In this document: piece by piece, positions 39,442-52,059 of the stretch | Numbering within the stretch: the first letter of the stretch is position 1 | Layout: each line of letters begins with the position of its first letter | Assembly (NCBI GenBank): GCA_965219415.1 | Contig: CBDCNP010000001.1 | Coordinates: 128,001-192,000 of the forward strand | Length of the DNA: 64,000 bases | DNA from: Candidatus Marinacidobacterales bacterium | GTDB taxonomy: Bacteria; Acidobacteriota; Vicinamibacteria; Marinacidobacterales; DATDRI01 | Direction of reading: 5' to 3' | The notes under the pieces: model-generated | The model's database searches: none | Seen by the model: the letters and a program-made list of their open reading frames with translations, nothing else | What the model was told of the DNA's origin: nothing | Translations under genes and position numbers: made by a program

Positions 39442-42094
39442 GTGGTGTTAAGGAAGATCGGCATCGCACTACGTAGCCTTTTCCAAAAGAACCGGGTCGA
39501 AAAGGATCTGGATGAAGAGCTCCGCTTCCACCTCGAGATGCAAACAAAAAAGAACATCGAACGCGGTTTAGATCCCGAAGAAGCTAACTACGCAGCTCGT
39601 CGTAGCTTTGGAGGGTTCGAGCAAGTGAAGGAGGAGTGCCGAGACCTGCGGGGTACCGGCTTCATAGAGACTTTCTGGCAAGACACGCGGTTCGCAATCC
39701 GAACGTTGATGAAGCGGCCGGGCTTCACCGCCATCTTCGTGTTGACGCTCACACTAGGCATCGGAGCGAACACCGCCATCTTCAGCGTCATCAACGGCGT
39801 CCTCTTGCGTCCGCTCCCCTACCAAGATGGCGAACAGCTGGTCGTCCTTCGTCAGCAAGCTCCCTTGGCCGACGTCGACAACATGCCTTTCTCGGTGAAA
39901 GAGATCTTCGACTATCGAGAGCAAAACCAAACGTTGGAAGCAATCGTCGAATACCACACCATGCCCTTCATCCTGCTCGGACGTGGGGAGCCGGAGCGCG
40001 TCCAAACCGGGGTGGTCTCCGCGGAATTTTTTGACGTCTTGAGAGTCCAACCCTACCTGGGCCGGACGTTCCTGCCTGGAGAGGACGAAATCGGTGCCGA
40101 TCCGGTCCTCGTGCTGAGCTACGAATTCTGGCAGAGGAACGGCGGCAATCCCGACATCGTGGGCCAGACGTTCGAGATGAACGACCGAGTCCACACCATC
40201 ATCGGGGTCCTTCCGCCGGTGCCTCAGTTCCCCGACGAAAACGACATCTATATGGCGGTTTCATCCTGCCCGTTCCGCTCCTCGGACGCTCTACGCGACA
40301 ATCGGAACGGCCGCATGATGCGGGTCTTCGGAAAACTCAAGCCCGAATTCTCCCTGGAAGAAGCCCAAGCCGATCTCTCGACGATCGCCCATCGGCTGGA
40401 GGGCGATTACCCAGAGTCCTACCCCAAGGCTCGGGGCTACGCGGTTGCCGCAAACTTTCTACAGGAAGAGCTCACCCAACAGGCACGGCCAACGTTGCTC
40501 GTCCTTCTGGGTACGGTTGCGCTGGTTCTTTTAATCGCCTGCGCCAACGTGGCCAACCTCACGCTGTCTCGCCTCCTCCGTCGCGAACGGGAACTTGCGG
40601 TCCGTTCGGCCATGGGCGCGAGCCGGGGTCGGTTGCTTCGGCAACTACTCACCGAGAGTACCTTGCTGGCCATTGTGGGCGGTGCCTTCGGTCTGCTTCT
40701 CGCCGCCGGTGCGCTCGATGTGCTGGCCGCCTTTACCGCCCGGTTCACCGCGCGTGCCGGCGAGATCGCCATCGACGGGCCAGTCTTACTCTTCACGGTC
40801 CTGGTGTCGATTGCCACGGGCGTCGTCTTCGGATCGATCCCCGCGTTTACCGCGAAACAAAACCTCGTAACCGCACTCAACGAGGGAAGCGGACGCACCA
40901 CGAGTGGCACCGGCGGCCATCGCGTTCGGAGCGTGCTCGTCGTGTCGCAGATCGCGATTTCTCTGATTCTGTTGACCGGTGCCGGGCTCATGATGCGTAG
41001 CTTCATCAAACTGCAGCAAGTGGACGGGGGTTTCCAGACGGAGCGAGTTCTAACCCTACTGCTCGATCTCAACTGGTCCAAATACGACACGGCGGACAAG
41101 CAGCGCGATTTTCATCGTTCTCTCCTCACCAAAGTCCAATCCCTGCCCGGGGTGACGTCGGCCGCAATTACTCGGACCTTTCCGCTCAACGAGATCGGGC
41201 CCGTTCACTCGGCGGCTCCAAATCGAGGGTCGCCTCGTGGAAGAAGGACAATTGTTGCCGCAAGTCGACATCCACACCGCGAGCCCGGACTACTTCCAGG
41301 CGATCGACATACCGTTGGTTAACGGGCGAACGTTCACGACACTCGACCATGCGGAAGCCCCGAGAGTCGCCATCATCAACCAATCGATGGCCCGCCATTA
41401 TTGGGAACGAGAAGACCCAGTTGGGCAGCGCTTGTCACTCGACGGCGGAGAAACCTGGACGACGATCGTTGGGATTCTAGGCGACGTCAGACAGTATGGC
41501 CTGGATACCGACGTCGAAGACGTCATCTATCTGCCTCTCGAGCAGTTTCCCAATCGCGTCACGAGCCTAGTCGCACGCACTGCCGCGAGCCCGCTCGCGA
41601 TGGGACGTCAGTTGACCAAGGCGGTCTATGAGGTGGACCCCAACCAGCCCGTTGCGAGAGTGCGGACGCTCGAACAAGTGCGAAGCGATTCGATCGCCGC
41701 GCCACGCTTGACGACTCTATTGCTTGGTCTCTTCGCGGGGTTGGCGCTCCTAATCACGGCGGCGGGCATCAGTGGAGTCTTGGCGCTTTCCGTCACCGAA
41801 AGAACGCGCGAGATCGGCATACGCATGGCCTTCGGCGCCACGCGCGCGGACATGCTCAAGATGGTTCTAAAACAAGGAATCGTCCTCGTGCTGATCGGAC
41901 TGGCGTTTGGGATCGTGGGCGCCTACGCCTTGGCTCAGCTCCTGTCCGGTCTACTCTTCGAAATCGAACCGACCGACCCGATCACCTTCCTCGCGGTGTC
42001 TCTCCTGCTGGCGGTTGTGGCGATCATCGCTTCGGCCCTGCCGGCGCGGCGTGCCACTGGGATCGATCCGATGAGCGCCCTGAGAAGCAACTAA
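39442..42094 (+). CDS. ADOP-type duplicated ABC (MacB/FtsX-like) permease, frameshift near 41200
   Basis: LDEELRFHL permease prefix, LGIGANTAIFS, LLIACANVANL, RTREIGIRMA.GA and PARRA..IDP motifs. Confidence 0.93.
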
Positions 42095-42176
42095 TCATCT
42101 CCCTCTCCCTTTGGGTGAGTACGGCGTCAAAACACAGCGTGCCGCTATCAAAGTGGCCAGACGCCGGGTGAAGGTC

Positions 42177-42921
42177 CTAATACCACTCCAGCAACCGCAC
42201 CTCGATCTCCGGCCGCTCCTTCAAGGGCGCGGCGAACTCGCTTAGATCCGACCCCCGATAGTGGTACGGGTAGACGATCTTCGGAGCGAACGCCTTCACA
42301 CAATCGGCCGCCTCATTGGGAGGCATGGTGTAAGGCAAGGTTCATCGTGATGAAAGCGACGTCGATGTTCTCGAGCGCGCGAATCTCCGGCACGCATTCG
42401 GTGTCGCCTGAGAAATAGATTCGCTTCCCCCCGAGCGTGAGGATGTAGCCGTTGCCCCGGCCCCTGTCGTGAAAGAGCTTACCCTCCTCGGGGCCGCGGA
42501 CTAAGTTGTACATCGGAACACCTTCGATCGCGACGCCAGCGACCATCCTGGTCTCGCCGTTCGCTAGGACAGTCGGATTCTCAATTTTCGAGGCCGCCGC
42601 GGCAGGCGCAACGACTGGCGTGCCCGATTTTCTGAGCTTGGTGATCATCTCAGGATCTAGGTGGTCCCCATGAATGTCGGTTACCAGAATGAGATCTGCT
42701 GGTGGTGCGCCCGAGTAGTCGCCGCGGCTCCAGGGATCAACGTAGATGACCTTGCCGCCGTACTCGATCTGGACGCTGCCGTGCGTGATGGGAGCAATCT
42801 CGATGTCTCCCCCACTGGCGGGGACGGTGTCGGAATCCCCAGCTATTGCCACGATGGCTTGGCCGAGAACGAATGGAAAGACGGCCACGAGAAACGCTAT
42901 CCCTATCTTTTTGGTCATCAT
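42177..42921 (-). CDS. Exported MBL-fold metallo-hydrolase (frameshift near 42335)
   Basis: TDIHGDHLD, GNGY and SGDT motifs. PYTM and YPYHY continue in another frame to the stop at 42177. Confidence 0.88.
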
Positions 42922-43032
42922 TTAGTCCTCCTTCAGGCAATTACTCGCCATTGTACTGTCCCTCTGTTTGCCATCGCATTGCGCGACTTCGGTCCAAAGC
43001 CTATAATCGGTGACCCTTGAGCCAATGACCCG

Positions 43033-43533
43033 ATGACAGTTGCCCTACTTACCTTGAACGTGATCTCGCTCGCCACCATCGCGGCGACGGTATTCTATGG
43101 CAACATCATTCCGCAAGGAGGCGGAGCGCTCGGGCGCCACCTGACCTTGGGGCTCATTGCCATCCTCCTCGCCTTGTTTGCCCACACCATGACGTTCTTC
43201 TACTTCATCGGTGTCAGCACTTCCATTCGAAACGCGGTCCAAGAAACCGGCGTCGGTGCGGACCAACTCCAGCAGGTCCGGCGCCTGAGGAGCCAGGTCT
43301 TTCCATGGGCGGGCGGAGCGATGTTGACGCTTATGATTGCGTTCATCCTCGGAGGCGCTGCGCACACCATGGCGCTACCGAGCTGGGTCCATGGCGGGTT
43401 TGGGTACTTTGCGTTCCTGAGCGGCCTGGTCGCGTTCATCGTGGAGGCACTCTATCTCATGCGCCAGAACCGGGTGGTGCACGACCTGGAGGGGCAGCTT
43501 CGGTCCAAGACGTCTCATCCGGAGCCGACGTAG
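43033..43533 (+). CDS. Four-TM hypothetical membrane protein
   Basis: Four hydrophobic helices with spaced His residues and a FFYFIG motif. Confidence 0.7.
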   Translation: MTVALLTLNVISLATIAATVFYGNIIPQGGGALGRHLTLGLIAILLALFAHTMTFFYFIGVSTSIRNAVQETGVGADQLQQVRRLRSQVFPWAGGAMLTLMIAFILGGAAHTMALPSWVHGGFGYFAFLSGLVAFIVEALYLMRQNRVVHDLEGQLRSKTSHPEPT

Positions 43534-43783
43534 TTCACTTTCCGATGGAAGAGTAGTCCAAAAACAGGAAAGCCACCTCCGCAGCCTGCCCGCCCTGGCG
43601 ATTTGCAAGTTGGCAATTGAGCCAATTGATAACCGACTGCTATTCCCCATAGAATCGGACCGGAAACGGCCTGCGGACCTTGCGGTCGATATTGGATATC
43701 CAGGCGAACGCTGGTCGTACAACTTCGCACACTCTCACCTTCTACTGCCGCTGCTCGCTGGCTACGAACCGGAATGAGAAAGC

Positions 43784-44200
43784 ATGCCTCGCCGTAAGGA
43801 TCGCGCGGTAGCTTGGGTTGGTACCTTGGTCGTCGCCGTGCACGGCCTAGTCAACGCAGCACACGGGTCGGCTCATTTGGAACTAGGCGTCGAACTGTCG
43901 AAGTGGCAGGAAACATTCGTCCTGGTTGTCATTGGACTGAGTCCCCTAGCAGCTGCGGTGCTTCTTTGGACCTCCCATGCACGGCTAGGCGCAGTCATCC
44001 TGGGTGGCTCGATGGCGGCGGCACTCGTCTTCGGAGTCTATTATCACTACGTTGCGGTTTCGCCGGACCATGTGGAGCATTTGCCTCCGGGGGATGCACG
44101 GGGGTTGTTTCGAGCAAGCGCTCTACTTGTTGCCGCATCGCAGGCTCTGGGCACTGGCGTGGGCCTATGGGGTATCCGAAGACTTCGAGGAGCGTTATAG
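43784..44200 (+). CDS. Hypothetical membrane protein, His-containing
   Basis: H...N..HG.AH and YYHY...SPDHV.H motifs, four TM segments. Confidence 0.7.
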   Translation: MPRRKDRAVAWVGTLVVAVHGLVNAAHGSAHLELGVELSKWQETFVLVVIGLSPLAAAVLLWTSHARLGAVILGGSMAAALVFGVYYHYVAVSPDHVEHLPPGDARGLFRASALLVAASQALGTGVGLWGIRRLRGAL

Positions 44201-44315
44201 ACGCTATCGTGCTGTGGGAGATCGTTGCAGCCCGCCAACCTCGGCGGAGCAGACGGCGCCCGATGGAAGAAACGTCGACACCGCTGTTCGGCTCGACTGT
44301 AAGGCATCAATCGAC

Positions 44316-45347
44316 ATGATGGCAGCTGTCGTTCATCGCCCGGGCAAACCCGAAGTGCTTGAGCTAAGAGAAGTGCTAAGACCCAAGTCGCGATCAGGCT
44401 GGGTGCTGATAAAGGTGATGGCCTTTGGTCTGAACCGATCGGAGCTTTTCACCCGTCAGGGCCATTCAGGTTCGGCCGTAACGTTTCCCCGCATCTTGGG
44501 CATGGAGTGCGTAGGTGTAGTCGAGGCGGCGCCGGACTCTCCTCTTGAGCCGGGGCAAAAGGTTGCGGCAGTCATGGGCGGCATGGGGCGGGCTTATGAT
44601 GGGAGCTATGCCGAATACACGTTGGTCCCCGAGAAATACGTGATGCCCGTGGCGACGGCGCTCCCATGGGAAACTTTAGCAGCCATACCGGAAGCCTTTC
44701 TGACGGCCTGGGGTTCTCTCGTCACATCTTTGAATGTCAGAAAGGGAAACACGCTTTTGATTCGGAGCGGCACATCATCCGTAGGGATGGCGGCTGCGAC
44801 ACTGGCCAAGAGCCTCGGTGTAACAGTCGTCGCTACGACACGGAGTGCAGCAAAGAAGCAAGCGCTGATCGCGAACGGTGCCGATCATGTCCTGATAGAT
44901 GGGAGTATCTCAGACGCTGTCCGCGAGCTCTTCCCAAATGGTGTCACTCATGTTCTGGAATTGATTGGCCCCGCGACTCTTCTCGACTCCCTGAAAGCTG
45001 CGGCGCGACAAGGAGTTGTCTGCAACACCGGAATCCTGGGAAATGCTTGGGTGCTAAAGGAGTTCGAGCCGATGGCGGCGATCCCCTCCAGCGTTCACTT
45101 GACCACGTTCCTCAGCGAGACGGTGGACGCCTCGACTTCGACCTCGCAGCTGCAAAGGGTTCTGGATGCAGCGTCGGATGGGCACTACCCCATAAACCCG
45201 AATAGAGTATTTCGCCTGGACGAGATCGTCGAGGCCCATCGCTACATGGAAGCGAACCAAGCGACCGGCAAAATTGTAGTTAGAGTCTCCGGGTCGTCTT
45301 CGGAGATTGCAGCGAATCGCGAGGACAAGGTGAGATCGGAAGCATGA
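44316..45347 (+). CDS. MDR-family NADPH:quinone oxidoreductase-like protein
   Basis: AFGLNRSE, P.ILG.E.VG, DGSYAEY and AH.YME.N...GK motifs. Confidence 0.9.
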   Translation: MMAAVVHRPGKPEVLELREVLRPKSRSGWVLIKVMAFGLNRSELFTRQGHSGSAVTFPRILGMECVGVVEAAPDSPLEPGQKVAAVMGGMGRAYDGSYAEYTLVPEKYVMPVATALPWETLAAIPEAFLTAWGSLVTSLNVRKGNTLLIRSGTSSVGMAAATLAKSLGVTVVATTRSAAKKQALIANGADHVLIDGSISDAVRELFPNGVTHVLELIGPATLLDSLKAAARQGVVCNTGILGNAWVLKEFEPMAAIPSSVHLTTFLSETVDASTSTSQLQRVLDAASDGHYPINPNRVFRLDEIVEAHRYMEANQATGKIVVRVSGSSSEIAANREDKVRSEA

Positions 45348-45789
45348 CACTGCAAGATGTCCGCAAGACCTCAGCCGACAAGCTGGCAGGAAGTATCAGA
45401 CTGCTGTTGGGCGTGCTCTTTCTGATGACGGGAGTCATGAAGCTGGTCGTTCCCATGCTCGCGGAGGCGTGGTCTGGGCAACTCCTGGCTGCCGGGCCCC
45501 GTTGTATTCCCTGACGAGGTGGAGTGTACCCTTCCTTGAAATATTCCTGGGTATGGTGCTCTTGTGGGGGGCGTTTGCGAGAGTTGCCGTCCTGGTGGTC
45601 ATCGGCATCATGCTCGTCGCCACGTACGTACACGTGGTAGTCGATGATCCCTTGCTGTTTCCGCTCCAGCCGAACGAGCCCGTTATCCCGATCGTCGTCA
45701 TGGCGGCGAGCGGGTACATCCTTTGGCGGGGGGCAGGAACGTGGAGTCTGGACTTGGCCGCCACACGGCGCGCTCCAGCGGAGGGTTGA
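45344..45789 (+). CDS. DoxX-family membrane protein (frameshift near 45497)
   Basis: RLLLG..F.M.G..K, P..E...G..LL.G and GAG.WSLD motifs. Confidence 0.8.
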
Positions 45790-45833
45790 GTCTTCTTATT
45801 TGACGAACATAAGATGATTGCGAGGCAGCGTCG

Positions 45834-47054
45834 ATGACGACAGAAAATCCTCCTTCGCGAAAGAAGACGGCGTGGGCCCGCGCCAAAGATCTCGCTGCGC
45901 GAACTCCCGAAACGCGAAACAGGTACGCCGATTTCCTTCGAGCCGCCTCCATCACCGTCGTCGTCATCGGTCACTGGTTGATCGCTGCCGCGCACGTAGA
46001 AAACGGCCAACTCAAGTTGGGCGACATGTTGCGGTTGGCACCCTGGACGCAGTGGCTCACTTGGCTTTTTCAGGTCATGCCCATCTTCTTCATCGTTGGA
46101 GGCTATTCGAACGGAGCGTCTTGGGCGGCCGCCCGCCGGTCAGGCAAGGACTACGGACTCTGGCTGGGCACGAGGCTAAAGAGACTCATTGGCCCAGTGG
46201 TTCCTCTCCTCATCGTGTGGTCGGTAATTGCGATGATCGCACATCGGTTCGGTGTCCATCCGCAGATGATCAAGACTGGCTCTCAAGCAGCGCTCATCCC
46301 CACCTGGTTTCTCGCGGTCTACATCATGGTCGTGATCACCGCGCCCGCCACCCATTGGGCGTGGCGCCGCTTCGGGATGGCCTCGTTTTGGGGGCTCGTG
46401 CTAGGCGCGGTGGTGGTGGACACGGTGGCCTTCAAGACCGACTTTCCTGCCATTCGTTGGGCCAACTACGTGTTCGTGTGGCTTGCGGTGCATCATCTGG
46501 GCTACGCGTGGCGAGACGGAAAGATCGCCGGCGCCGCCAGAGCACTGCCATGGGCCGTCGGAGGACTGGGAGTCTTGATTTACCTCGTGACCATGGCCTC
46601 CTATCCGATCAGCATGATCACAGTACCCGGCCAAGAAGTATCGAACAGCAGGCCGCCCGCACTGGCGCTTCTTGCTTTGGGGGCATTCCAGGGAGGGCTG
46701 GTGCTGGCATTCGAAGCGCCGGCTCGTCGATGGCTGGCAAACCTCCGGCCTTGGGCGGCGACGGTTCTTGTGAACGGCACGATTATGACTCTCTACCTAT
46801 GGCATCTCACCGTCATGGTGGCTGGTCAGAGGAGAGGAGTCGCGGCTTCCATTCCGACCTGGCGAGCGATATCTGGCGCGTTGGGCATGTGCATCGGGCT
46901 CGCGCTTCTCGCTCTGAATGGGATCGGAGACCAGGGACTGCTGGGAATTCGGATCGGAACTGTAGCCATGGCGATCGCTGGCGCAGCACTGGTTCTAGGT
47001 TTGCCCCAGCGTCAGAGGTCATCGGGTCCTAGCGACCCACGTGAAGCCAACTGA
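45834..47054 (+). CDS. Acyltransferase family 3 membrane protein
   Basis: R....DFLRA....VVV.GHW, QVMP.FF.VGG, WFLAVY and MTLYLWH motifs. Confidence 0.88.
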   Translation: MTTENPPSRKKTAWARAKDLAARTPETRNRYADFLRAASITVVVIGHWLIAAAHVENGQLKLGDMLRLAPWTQWLTWLFQVMPIFFIVGGYSNGASWAAARRSGKDYGLWLGTRLKRLIGPVVPLLIVWSVIAMIAHRFGVHPQMIKTGSQAALIPTWFLAVYIMVVITAPATHWAWRRFGMASFWGLVLGAVVVDTVAFKTDFPAIRWANYVFVWLAVHHLGYAWRDGKIAGAARALPWAVGGLGVLIYLVTMASYPISMITVPGQEVSNSRPPALALLALGAFQGGLVLAFEAPARRWLANLRPWAATVLVNGTIMTLYLWHLTVMVAGQRRGVAASIPTWRAISGALGMCIGLALLALNGIGDQGLLGIRIGTVAMAIAGAALVLGLPQRQRSSGPSDPREAN

Positions 47055-47295
47055 CGCTATGAACTGGCGGGCGTCCCCGACATGGGCCACTACTTGCGCA
47101 GCATATGGAATCCCGATAAAGACGCCGACGACATCCTCGAGGAAACGTCAGACATATTAGGCTGGGACACCCGACTCTCCGAGGTAGGATACTCTCACGA
47201 CGATGACGGAATATTCGGCAAATACACAGACTACCTCGCGCACAGAGTCGATTTGACGTTGTTTACCGAGCTTCACTTTGCGCTGCCGAACTAGC

Positions 47296-49497
47296 ATGAT
47301 CAAAAGAACGCGCCTCCTCCTACTGCCGCTGGTGTCGTTGCTTGTCTCGTCGAGCATTAGCCCCGCTGTCCTGCCCGAGGCCGCCTCGCGAGAGGCTATC
47401 TACGATGTGTACTTCCGCGGTGTCCAGACCGTCGAGCTGACCGTGGGTCCTGTCGAAGATGAATCTACGGCTTTCACCATTCGGCGCAAGAATTGGCGTA
47501 CCAACCAATGGGGTACTTCGACTTCGGCAACCGGTGACAAAGCTGCGGACGACGAGAGGTTCGAGCTTCCCGGAGCTCTCGAGAAACTCCCCGCTCATAT
47601 AACTGAGATCGGGCTCATCGATTGGAACGCTCACCGGGTTGTGGCTTGGCCCGATAGCACATCACTCTACGTGCGAAACCGAGTTATCGAATCCAAGATC
47701 GATGGCCAGTCCGCAAAGGCGACGCATTGGGCACTACAGGACGCAACCTTGCCCATGGACCTCGTGATCGGAACGGACAATCAGTTTCTCGCAGCGATCG
47801 ACGTGACGAGGGACGTGGTGCTAGTCCGCCGTGGATTCGAGTCGTTCACGATCGTAGGCGATTGGAACGCTCCATCCGTATCACCTTCTCGCTACGCGGT
47901 TCGGGAGCTGAATGGCGTTGCCATGCACGCAAGGGACGGCGTGAAACTCTCCACCCTCGTGTACTTGCCGGAAGGGGAAGGCGCGAATGGCCCTTTCCCC
48001 GCCATCTTCGTTCGGACGCCATACGGCATAACGGATCTCATCGATCGATACTGGCCGTACGTCGCGCGGGGGTACGCGGTCGTGCTACAAGCCACACGTG
48101 GACGAGCCTACTGGGATCCTACGAATCGGTCTGAGGGTGATTGGACCCCTATGATCGACGAACCTTCTGATGGAGCCGATGCTTTGGCTTGGATTGCTAA
48201 ACAACCCTGGTCGGACGGACAAATATGCATGGAAGGCGACTCCTACGTGGGGTACACGCAGTGGACCGCGACGATGGCAGGGAACCCCGCGCTCAAGTGC
48301 ATCATCCCCGAAAGCTCGATGGGCACAGCGTTCAGCGACCAACCCTATCGCGGCGGCGGCATGCTCGAAGGCATGGCCTTACTACGTCTTTTGGATGCTC
48401 AACAAGCCGATCCTGCCAGGTCGCAACTGGACGGACATTGTCCATCATCGTCCACTCGTAGACATCGACGAGTTCGCAACCGGGGAGGATATTCCGGAGT
48501 GGAATACCTTCTTCGAGCACTCGGTTAACGACTCTTACTGGCAAAAGCAAAACTGGTACCGCTCGACCGAACCCCGGGAGTTCGGGACACTGCAGATCAG
48601 CGGCTGGTTCGACGACGACGTGACGGGCACGCAAAGCAACTGGGAACTGATGAGGCGTCGCGGGACGCGACCGCAGCGGCTCATTCTCGGCCCCTGGAGG
48701 CACGGCTATAACCAGGATCGGAAGCTCAATGGTTTCGCTTTCGGAGCCAACGCAGTGCGGGACGACATCTGGCTTACTAAACAGCGTTGGTACGATCACT
48801 TTCTACGCGGCGCCGACAATGGGGTCGAACGGCCCCAAGTCGAGTACTTCGTCCTTGGATCGAATGAATGGCGACGGGCATCCACCTGGCCGCCCGCGGA
48901 GGCGAAGCCCGAGGCATGGTACTTCCACAGCGACGGGCAGGCGAACCGCTTGACGAACCGGGGCATCTTGAATCGAGCCGCGCCCAACGGCGCTGAACCT
49001 TCCGACGAGTATCGTTACGATCCTGCCCATCCTCCCACGAACTGGATGAGCTTCGACCTCCTGAAATCTTGGGGTGACTATCAGCGTTATCCGTACGACT
49101 TTAAAGACATCGAGGGTCGGCCGGACGTGGTGACGTTTACATCCGCTCCTACAGTTCCATCCGCCTGACGACCGGGATGTTGCGCGCATGTTTCCGAGGC
49201 CTCGACGACCCGCTTCATCAAGCTTTCGCAGCGAATTTCGAGCGTGAGGAACTTCTCAGCGAGGAGCTCGAGGATGTCGTTCGGTACCGCTTCAGCATCC
49301 CGGCAATCGCCAACATGTTCAAGAAGGGGCACCGCATCCGGGTTGCGGTCTTGAACGCTCTCGACAACTACTACTTCCCCAACTCCAACACCGGGGGGGA
49401 CGAAGGCACGGCCACGCGGACGGTGATCGGCACCATGCGGATACACCGTAGCGCGGACTATCCAAGCCATGTGTCGCTGCCCGTTCTGCCACATTGA
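47296..49497 (+). pseudogene. CocE/NonD-family hydrolase, frameshifted (~48375) and with a deletion near 49150
   Basis: RDGVKL, RTPY, RGR..SEG, G.SY.G nucleophile, GW.DD, LILGPW.H and FKKGHRIR motifs across three ORFs. Confidence 0.85.
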
Positions 49498-49545
49498 GGG
49501 TAGGCGTGCTGGAGAACCACCTGTTTATCTGAAACGGAGCAACTA

Positions 49546-49640
49546 TGGCCGACGTTTTTCATGACTTTCCCAATCAAAGCCTCACCAGAAAAAGTCTTTC
49601 AGGCGGTGACGAGCCCCCCCGGATCGATCAATGGTGGACA
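49546..49640 (+). pseudogene. SRPBCC/AHSA1-like N-terminal fragment
   Basis: MAD.FHD...I.ASPEKVF.A.T...G...WW read across frameshifts. Confidence 0.5.
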
Positions 49641-49642
49641 AC

Positions 49643-50104
49643 GTGAGTAGCGAAACCGGCGATATCGTCGCATCTATCGAAAAGACACGCGCTTCTGTAC
49701 TGGAATCCGTTGCCGATCTGACCGAAGCCCAGGGTGCATTCAAAGCCTCAGAGAACGAGTGGTCGATCGCCGAAGTGATGGAGCATCTCTACCTCGCGGA
49801 GCTAGCCGGCATCACCAAGGTTTGGTCCGCACTCGAGGACGTACAGGCAGGTATACCTTGGACCAAGGAGCTCCCGAATCAGGGCAAGACGATCGACGAA
49901 GTGGTCGCCGAGACTTGGAAGCCGAAAGAGGTCGCACCACAGGTAGCGACCCCCTTCATGGGTGGGCCGCTCCGGTCCTGGTGCTCTGCCTTTGACTCGC
50001 TTACACGAATTCTGGCAGACCTCGTCGCCGAGCTCGAAGGGGAAACGCTCGATGAAATCGTCTTTCCGCATGTTCTTTCAGGTCCGTTTTCCACGTCGCA
50101 ATGA
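49643..50104 (+). CDS. DinB-family protein, C-terminally truncated
   Basis: EWSIAEVMEHL and FPH...GP motifs. The final H...H helix is missing. Confidence 0.7.
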   Translation: MSSETGDIVASIEKTRASVLESVADLTEAQGAFKASENEWSIAEVMEHLYLAELAGITKVWSALEDVQAGIPWTKELPNQGKTIDEVVAETWKPKEVAPQVATPFMGGPLRSWCSAFDSLTRILADLVAELEGETLDEIVFPHVLSGPFSTSQ

Positions 50105-50239
50105 CCCCAGAGGAACTAGGGAAGGCAGGACTGGAGGATCTTGGCAAAAAGTGGGCGTAGGCTCGGATAGCGGCCGGCAGGAAGAATCGCACCGCCCCGA
50201 TTTTTTGGGCCGCCTGGCAGCAAGGGGGAGGTTTGTCCA

Positions 50240-50758
50240 TTGAGCTACTTCATGGTCGACATCGAAGCCGATGGGCCTATTCCGGGTGACTATTCGATGG
50301 TTTGCTTCGGGGCGGTCATCGTGGAACCGGGGCTGGAACGAACGTTCTACGGCCGGCTCAAGCCCGCGACCGATTTGTGGATTCCCGAGGCGCTCAAGGT
50401 AAGCGGTTTTACCCGCGAAGAAACGCTGTCATTCGATGACCCGAAGGCGGTGATGCGTGAGTTCGGGGATTGGGTGAAAAAGGAGACCAAGGGACGCTCG
50501 ATGTTCGTCTCGGACAACAACGGCTTCGACTGGCAGTTCATCAATTGGTACTTCCATCACTTCCTTGGAGAGAATCCCTTTGGACACAGCTCAACCAACT
50601 TGGGCTCGTTATACAAGGGATGCGAGCGGGACATGTTCAAGAACTTCAAACATCTCCGGCAGACCGAGCACACGCACGATCCCCTGGACGATGCGAAGGG
50701 GAACGCCGAAGCCCTGCTCTCGATCAAAGAACAATACGGATTGCGGATCAGCCTATAG
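50240..50758 (+). CDS. DEDD 3'-5' exonuclease (RNase AS/Rv2179c-like)
   Basis: VDIEADGP, FDW.F and H.H.PLDDA motifs. Confidence 0.85.
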   Translation: MSYFMVDIEADGPIPGDYSMVCFGAVIVEPGLERTFYGRLKPATDLWIPEALKVSGFTREETLSFDDPKAVMREFGDWVKKETKGRSMFVSDNNGFDWQFINWYFHHFLGENPFGHSSTNLGSLYKGCERDMFKNFKHLRQTEHTHDPLDDAKGNAEALLSIKEQYGLRISL

Positions 50759-52049
50759 GCCCGATGGAGAAGAAGGCGGGTCGAGGAGTCCTGGCTCGGC
50801 GATGACCCTTTCGATGTCCTCTGCCTCCATCGGAAGAATCTTCGACAGTACCTCATGCCCGCCCGGCGTAACGAGGATCATGTCCTCGAGGGTGACGCGG
50901 AAGTTATTGAGATCGGGCAAAGGGGTCGCCCCGTCCCGTGACGGGCAATATAGTCTTCGGCTCCTCGAACTAAGTAGTCCTCTTTGAGATCCGGTAGCTG
51001 CTTCTTCATCGCTTCGACCGAAGCCATCGCGATGTCCTTCTGCGTGACGCCAGGCTTGATGGCCGCGAGAGCCGCGCGGTAAGCGACCAGATATATATCG
51101 TAGAGAGCGCGCTGCTGCGCGGTGAATTTACCTGAGACCGGCGCGGTGCGTGCGACGTCGGTCTTGAAATAGTCATACTCGCACGAGAGATCCACCAGCA
51201 TCAGCTCACCGGCTTGCATGACTCGATCCAGCTTGTTGTAGTGGTTGAACATCTCTATGAAGCTCTTGACGAAGTTAGGACCCGACTGGAGGTCTTCCGA
51301 GTACGCCAGCCGTTGCGCGCCCTCTTGCCGGCAAGCGAATCGCGAAACCCCCGCGAGCTGGCTTTCGCGGATGCCGGGCCGAACCGAGCGGAGTGTCTCC
51401 AAGAGCGCCAGGCTCAAGATCTCGACCGATCGGCGAATGGTCTCGATCTCGTCAGCGTCTTTAACTGCCCTCAATTCGGTGAGTATGGGGTCCAGGTTCT
51501 CGAACTCCATCCAATCGAAGCGGAAAGACTGGTCTTCAGGTCTTGCTGGCGATCGGTCGGTTCGTCCAGCCCCTCGGGGAAGATTCTTTTCGATCCAAAT
51601 GGGATCTCTCCAGGTTTACGCCCTAGCAAGAGAAAGATCGCGGGACGACGCTCGGCCAAAGCGTCTAAGTCCCCGAGCAGCGAAGTCATCGGAGCAACTC
51701 GCTCGAGGCCTGCCGAAGCAGGCACGGATGACTTCTTCTTGGCCTCGTCCCGTAGATAGAGCGTGGTCTTTCGCGTCTTGCCGTCGACAAGGAGAACCGC
51801 GCTCTTCACGCCGAGACCGGTGAGGTAGTAGAAGTGGACTTCCTGCTTGAACTCCTGTGGAAAGTAGGTGGGGTCGTAGCGATGGGCCTGCCAGGAGGTG
51901 CCGAAGTCCGGCTCCGCCAGCAGCAGCGCGACGCCCCCGTCGAGCTTGTCGTAAAGCGCGGCGCGGCGCCTGGTTGGTTGGGCGTCGGCCAGAGCCGCAG
52001 AGGTTAGAACGACAAGGACAACGATGGAACAGACTTTTTGGGATAGCAT
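50753..52049 (-). pseudogene. Exported aminopeptidase P (M24) family protein, frameshifted/deleted
   Basis: F.QE..FYYLTG, LR.VK...EI, D.SCEY....DV.RT.PVSG.F and EDMILVT motifs across several frames. Confidence 0.8.
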
Positions 52050-52059
52050 GTTTTCCTCC

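Noticed and set aside
42244-42256. AGATCCGACCCC as another REP copy
   Set aside because: Single copy explained by the coding sequence YHYRGSDL of the MBL protein.
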